A stretch of DNA of 64,000 nucleotides, taken from Hormiphora californensis. Its lineage: Eukaryota; Animalia; Ctenophora. Of this stretch, positions 59,601-64,000 are shown in pieces. The position numbers and the translations under genes were made by a program. The number at the start of each line of letters is the position of its first letter. Position 1 is the stretch's first letter. A model generated the notes under the pieces. It was not told the DNA's origin, searched no databases, and saw only the letters and a list, made by a program, of their open reading frames with translations. Location of the stretch: contig CM035352.1 of the NCBI GenBank assembly GCA_020137815.1, positions 9,052,001-9,116,000 of the forward strand, in the 5' to 3' direction.

Positions 59601-62200
59601 CCAGCCACACCACCCAGGACGGGGAACGGGAGCCTCATGGCACCCACCCCTTACTGGCTAGTGCTTCGCACTAGCCAGCGTCCTCCCAGAAGAAGAAGAA
59701 GAACATTCGAGGAATCCGAAGTTTCAGCCCTCTGGATAAAAGTTCATTTTTTTTCGACCGAATGAACATTGAATGAACACCAATATGGGACCATATTTCG
59801 GTACCAAAGTTTCACAAATTTGTTTGGCTATCGATTTCCTATAGAATGGGACCAGTCTGAGCTTAATTGGATCACCACAAGAATCACAGTGATCCGTTTT
59901 CTAAGCCTGGGGTAAGTCATGTGATCCCCATCAAATTATGACGTGTTAGCAAGAGAGCTTACATTTTAACGGATGCTGTATCGGTACACCATCCTCATTA
60001 GCAGACGTGATACGTGATACTCGTCCGTTACACCTGCTTATTGGCACTTAGTAATGACGCTATCGTCTCATTAGGTGTCAGATGACCAAACCTAGGGTTA
60101 GATAACTAGACACTGTGTCTCTTGTGGTGGTCCAATTGAGCTCAAATTAGTCGCGTTTGAAAGGAAATCGATACCCGAAGGCGACTGTGAAATTCCGGTT
60201 CCAAAAAGCATTCCTGTTTTCAAGTTCATTCAGGATTCATTCCAATGGGAAAAATGAATTTTAAGATAGAGAGCTTAAATTCCGGCTAACATCGAAATTG
60301 ATCAAGTGTAGTGGCCGTACAGATTTTTAGCGCCTGAATTTACCGATTTCTGGTCAAAACAGGTCAAAATCGATGTTTGGTAAAAAAATATCATCTTTAA
60401 ATAACTTATTTCACCCACTAAACGTGATTCAATTTTAATAAAAATTCAGATTGCCATTTGTTGATACTTGCTCTATTGTATGACAGTTTTTTAAATAATA
60501 AAATCGAATTTAATCAAGAGAAAACCTCAAAAAACCCGAAAAACGAAAAATTGAGTTCATTAATGAACTTTCAACTTTTATGATTTGAAACTTCGGATTC
60601 CTCGAATGAGTACCCATGCAGACATTGTGTCAAAATATCAGAGTGATTGAAATTAAACTTCTGGGTGAAAAGAAGGCCAACGTACCCTCCCTTTAATTTT
60701 ACCTATATCTGTAGAATAAAAACTAAAAATACCTGAAGACGGGGACTGCCAAGAGAGTCCATTGATCCACGTACACATAGTCATCTGGTCAACAGAGGTA
60801 CCTGTATTATTGAGTGTTATAATGTGGACATGTTATAGTTCAATCCCTTTACTCTTTGGATGCACACTGGATATTTGGCAAAATAGTAAATGGTAAAATA
60901 GTAAATGGTAAAATAGTAAATGGTAAAATAGTAATTACATTGCTAACTTACTGGACTTGAATCCGTCAGGAAGGAAATAGATATAGTTATCGCCACTACT
61001 GGGACTTGGAAATGAGAGTGCTGTATCCACTTCACAGTATTGATGTTGAGAGGTCACCACTGAGCCGTATATAGTTTCCTGTAGAATGTCCTCCCATTTC
61101 ACCAACCTGTCCGACCCAGATGGAAGCTGCAGGTGGAGAGTTATCATTTGTAACAGCCCCTTAACAGGAGGGTGGAGGGTGGAGGGTGGAGGGTGGAGGG
61201 TGGAGGGTGGAGGGTGGAGGGTGGAGGGTGGAGGGTGGAGGGTGGAGGGTGGAGGGTGGAGGGTGGAGGGTGGAGGGTGGAGGGTGGAGGGTGGAGGGTG
61301 GAGGGTGATCATTTGTAACAGCCCCTTAACAAATTACTATTTGTTATGTTCTAACCCTCCTTTACATTTGTGTTTCGCGGGCGCACGAAACAGAGTCTAG
61401 CCAGGCAAACTATTATAATACTGTACATTATGTACAGAATTTACCTGTGCGCACAACGATGAGGCTAATAGAGCCACATCAGTGGTTGAAAGAGCTGAAT
61501 CGAATATATCAAATTGATAAAGATTCCCTGAGAAGGCCTGGCTGCTGTCATAATTAGAGGGGTCAAATCCATCGTCTGGTTCCTGAAAGAGTAATTAGTT
61601 CATAGTTACTAACAAATTAGAGTGTTACCTGGCAGCCCCCACCGACCCCTTATATGTAATGCATTGAGTGTTACCTGGCCAATAACGATATGTCCTTCTC
61701 CGGACTCGACAGTTAGAGTTGGAAGTTGGTCCGCTACATCTACTGTCCCATTGAGGTATGCAGTGACACCTTTAGACTTCTCATATACCACGCAGACATG
61801 ATTCCAATCGCTGACAGCTAGTGTCCCCTAGTTGATAACTGTTAGAATCATACTATATCGACATAAATCTCATTTGTAATCTCATATCGACATAAATCTC
61901 ATTAGTAATTTCTTTCTCTCTTTGATCCCTAATGGCTGGACACACTCACTGTAGTCTTGAACCAATAGGAACGAGAAATAAACCCAAGGTGTCCATCTGA
62001 ATAAATAGATATCTGTATAAGATCAGCTCCAGTCTTTCCATAAGTAAACGGGTACATTGTAACACCTATAGAAAGTTATGTTACTATGGTAACTATGGTA
62101 ACTATATGGTAACTATATGGTAACTATGGTAACTTACTATGGCCCTCCTCCCGGATCCAACCGCAAACCGAAAACGAGTCAAACTCTGCACCATCCGTTC
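53672..62200 (-). CDS. Multi-pentraxin/LamG-like domain protein, internal exons only; the 5' part lies beyond the window and the 3' part was not found
   Basis: FSVCGWI, WNHVCVVY...YLNG...IVIGQEPDDGFD...QAFSGNLYQFDIFDSALS; second domain MTMCTWI, WYHLCSIL...VFAQEHDGG...QSFAGSIANFNWFNGALT; about 10 GT-AG exons. Confidence 0.85.
54847..59703 (+). mobile_element. Intact single-ORF LOA/Lian-type LINE
   Basis: 13-bp TSD CATTCGAGGAATC at 54834-46 and 59704-16; (AGA)n tail. Confidence 0.93.
55399..59526 (+). CDS. APE endonuclease-RT-RNase H polyprotein, 1375 aa
   Basis: QINLHKS, LAQEP, GSDTNAH, SDHVPI, GCPQGGILSPFLW, QGFADDL, HTDGSK, WIPAHQGYDGNEIAD, CAAC..H....C. Confidence 0.95.
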   Translation: MENYITFTNHLSEDSHYPYLPQIARGLSATPHRAPIPGGPFREHPLSGEHPPLHEGTSPCKTGLSPVREADLLNDGDSGSVATGKGQKSQIAAPNSAGGIQMTLRKEGTGRSNTARGAQDNLPPPPQKEGQQSLGPPPGPSAAKKIIKNIRVTQINLHKSHEAWDDIITCNQTRSQIILAQEPPIIGKTSKVRASGGFSALYDKRAQRPRASILINSNLGRNVFLLDKFTDRDTVTILVKLGTKSVILCSMYMDRELECPPKLLGELAAHAKRNNLKLVIGSDTNAHNTSWGALVEDPIGKKRGDALLDAIVDLDLHVSNVNCPHTFDNGTRKNVLDLTMTNNHALDMIQDWQTVEGKCRSDHVPITFVLRDMDGSKIRSFYNIKKTNWALYRQLVEKGLEETGLIEMVISNAEELETANEKLIELMLWAYYKCTPKTYVSAHSKDPPWLSGEVKAAREEMFDKLRHAQTTKVHQDWDSAKAARNKYTKTKNQSKFKNWKIWAEDLDAYSDAQKVSQVLKNSKDYNLSCIFDANGELSQSPKETLQIMAEVHFGEDHSTRPSLKDKTEALEGEWSDEKTFSKTRIIKALREFKPLTAAGPDGIRPIMMQKVADIIAEPFAKIAKASYSLGVTPKSWQEAEAIYLPKPGKDDYRMPKSYRTITLASNLHKLMERLILWHIEVDQKVHKKLNKSQYGFRRGVSTETALHKVVRKLEGTLMHKGIALGTFLDIEGAFDNVAFQAMERALHAKLRDKRTAVWITYMISNREITTNLMEESLTIRATRGCPQGGILSPFLWNLVMDDLLNHSKKNIPGELQGFADDLCHIVATTMPSGRNGPSADILPLRDATQKGLNSINAWCKTVGLKLSALKSHIVIFTHRKNVKIGNPIKIQGNPIKVSESTKFLGITLDSKLNWNEHVNKQIKKAKNILMQCRKVVGPTWGLNPKTALWIYTAIVRPTLCYGAMVWANAMRTKTNKENMIRVQRLALKMVTGAMPSTPSTALDTITNTAPITDHLRYCAAKTAYTLMATGEWEGPIKSDLKTPKVFTSHANTVSRDLRTLEAEGRCHDLTTPELTLDREFSLEIPERETFLEDGDKYTIVAHTDGSKINNNAGAGYIIHSGETELARNSYNLGPEGTVPAAEMYAIQQTAQYLLDRGTANERILINCDSQGTIKTLDSTTCRSKTTIKTIKNLNTLAIFNDVMIRWIPAHQGYDGNEIADILAKRGAQEIEEVTLIPIPKAAAYAALREKVKTGPIKQTKHMDMMWTERYERPLQKLNRTDLRAATHLLTGHCHLNYHMKKLKKVETTTCAACGMEDETIKHVLTECPALWKLRQESFDRLGLSMYEIRHHQPLRKTISFYKKAMEILHPPETTP
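61148..61307. repeat. (GGGTGGA)n 7-mer microsatellite
   Basis: About 22 units flanked by duplicated atcatttgtaacagccccttaaca. Confidence 0.95.
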
Positions 62201-63029
62201 CTGAACAAAACTTTGTTAATTCATATGAAACCATACCCGCGTATATGATTCAGGTTATAAACCACCCCCCCCCCCCTGCTGATATTTCCCGCAGTCTACT
62301 GTGGTATATCAAATAATTCCCTCCCTCTGTTTTCACACCTTTCATAATTCCCGGGGTCGTTTTATAAGAAATAACCACGGCTAGTAAAGTGATGAAATTT
62401 GATAATCCCCTACCGGGGATTATCACACGATATTCCCCTCGTCGCTTCGCTCCTCGTGGATATCGTATTGATATACCACCCTGACAGGGTGGTATATCAG
62501 ATTTCATCCCTCTACTAGCCGGGGTTATCTATATTATATGTACCAGAAAAAGGAAAACCAGTGAAAATGTGTAACTTTCACCATTCACGTTTATGAAGGT
62601 GAGATTTTGAACATTTTGGAATCCCATTGATATTAGTACCCAATTATGTAATATTAAAAACCCGGCCACAGTAATTGGTAAAAGTACATATTAGTTTTCA
62701 TCAAGGGGGTTGTGTATATTACACTTTCTCCGACACGGGACTCAAGCACGGGGGTGCAGGTAGCCTACAGAAGGTGAGGTGTGACAGTGATTTCTTTCTG
62801 TGCATGAAAATGCAGAATCGGTTAGGGACCGTTCCCTCCTCCCAATGGCTTGTTGACATAGCCCTAACCAAGCCAGCGGAGGGGGATTAAGAGCTCAAAC
62901 GGGCATACGATGGTGTGGTATGACTTTTGGTGAAAGTGAAGTGTCTTGTCCAAGTTGAAATCCGGGTTCCTTATGTACTGCGGAAGGGGTCTTGCCCAGT
63001 GTCCCGATCTCTGGAATATGAAGGAAAGA

Positions 63030-63830
63030 TAAATGCAAAAATTCTGCAGCAAAACAAAATCCTTGCAGCAAAATGAAAAAATATTGGGGACTGCAGCAGC
63101 TGCTGCTGCAGCAGCAGAAGATATTTCCCATACTTACACACAGAGATACAGCAGTGCTGCAGTGTTAACAGTGTGTAACAGAGAGATAGAATATGTTGGG
63201 GCATGCCACAGTTGTGCGTAATGCACCGACAACAGTCGAGTAAGGGGGAGGGGGAAAGAAAAGAGAGATTCATACTTTAACAAAGATCTCTTTTTTCCCC
63301 ATAGCTTTACAAAGGGGTGAGATCGTTATAGTCACTGTTGCAGTACCTGCGTGGAATTTTCTCGGAATTTTCCATCTCTGCAGTCGCTGCAGCACTGCAG
63401 CAGGGAAGGGGAAGAAAAGAGAGATTCATACTTTAACATAGCTCTCTTTTTTCCCCATAGCTTTACAAAGGGGTGAGATCGTTATAGTCCCTGAGTGGAA
63501 TATTCCAAGACATTTCCACTGCTGCAGCAGCACTGCAGCAGGCACTGCAGAGATGGAATATTCCAAGGAATTTCCACTACTGCAGGCTGCAGTAGTGGAA
63601 ATTCCTTGGAATATTCCATCTCTGCAGCAGCACTGCAGCAGGCACTGCAAAGATGGAATATTCCAAGGAATATTCCAAGGAATATTCCAACCTTATAGGG
63701 ACCTTATAGGGACTGCAGTAGGGAAATATTCCAATGTTAGGGGTACTGGGACTGCCGGGGTATTTTAGGACGGCAAAATCCCTATCCATGACTGCAGCAA
63801 ATAGTAAAATTCCTGCAGCAAAACGAGCTC
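63030..63830. repeat. CTGCAG / GGAATATTCC-rich repeat, probably inside a DNA transposon that runs off the window
   Basis: Multiple palindromic ggaatattcc and ctgcagcagcactgcag units; a block of about 85 bp is duplicated at 63250 and 63408. Confidence 0.6.
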
Positions 63831-64000
63831 CCAAAATGAAAATTCCAGGCGTGAAAAAAAAATCGGGACACCGGGGGGTCTTGTTAGCCAATAGGAGGGC
63901 ACCGGGTGGCGCGCTCTCATTGGTTCCTTCAGCATCCAATCAGAGAACAGGAAACAGGAAATCGGATAGTTTCGGACAATTTCGGGATAGTTTGTGACAA

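Larger units (their letters stand above)
54750..60692. mobile_element. Kolobok-like non-autonomous element (TTAA TSD, TIR about 105 bp), left TIR split by a LINE
   Basis: TTAA|AGGGAGGGTACGTTGGCC...GGCCAACGTACCCTCCCT|TTAA. Confidence 0.85.

Overview
Intron-rich, transposon-dense animal genomic DNA, most likely from a ctenophore (Hormiphora/Pleurobrachia-like), judged from a 39-nt match to the ctenophore spliced leader (SL) as I recall it. 1-20.4 kb: five tightly packed + strand housekeeping genes (Asterix/WDR83OS, phosducin-like, a multi-matrin-finger protein, LAS1L, CHORDC1); each of the four downstream genes has an unpaired splice acceptor just before its ATG, which looks like an SL-resolved operon. 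20.9-30 kb: a CR1-like LINE with an intact L2-group LINE nested in it; that L2 element begins with the SL and has an A_AAA_AAC -1 frameshift site joining ORF1 to an ATG-less ORF2. 32.7-34 kb: 3' half of ERGIC2. 34.3-43.4 kb: a 9-kb LTR element without pol that carries a 13-copy hairpin array. 43-53 kb: nested MITEs, LINE fragments and a C2H2 zinc-finger ORF. 53.7-62.2 kb: a minus-strand multi-pentraxin gene whose intron holds a TTAA-flanked TIR element, itself interrupted by an intact LOA/Lian-type LINE. The most notable signals are the SL-capped LINE, the putative operon and repeated tandem duplications of splice junctions. All calls were made by eye, with no database searches.
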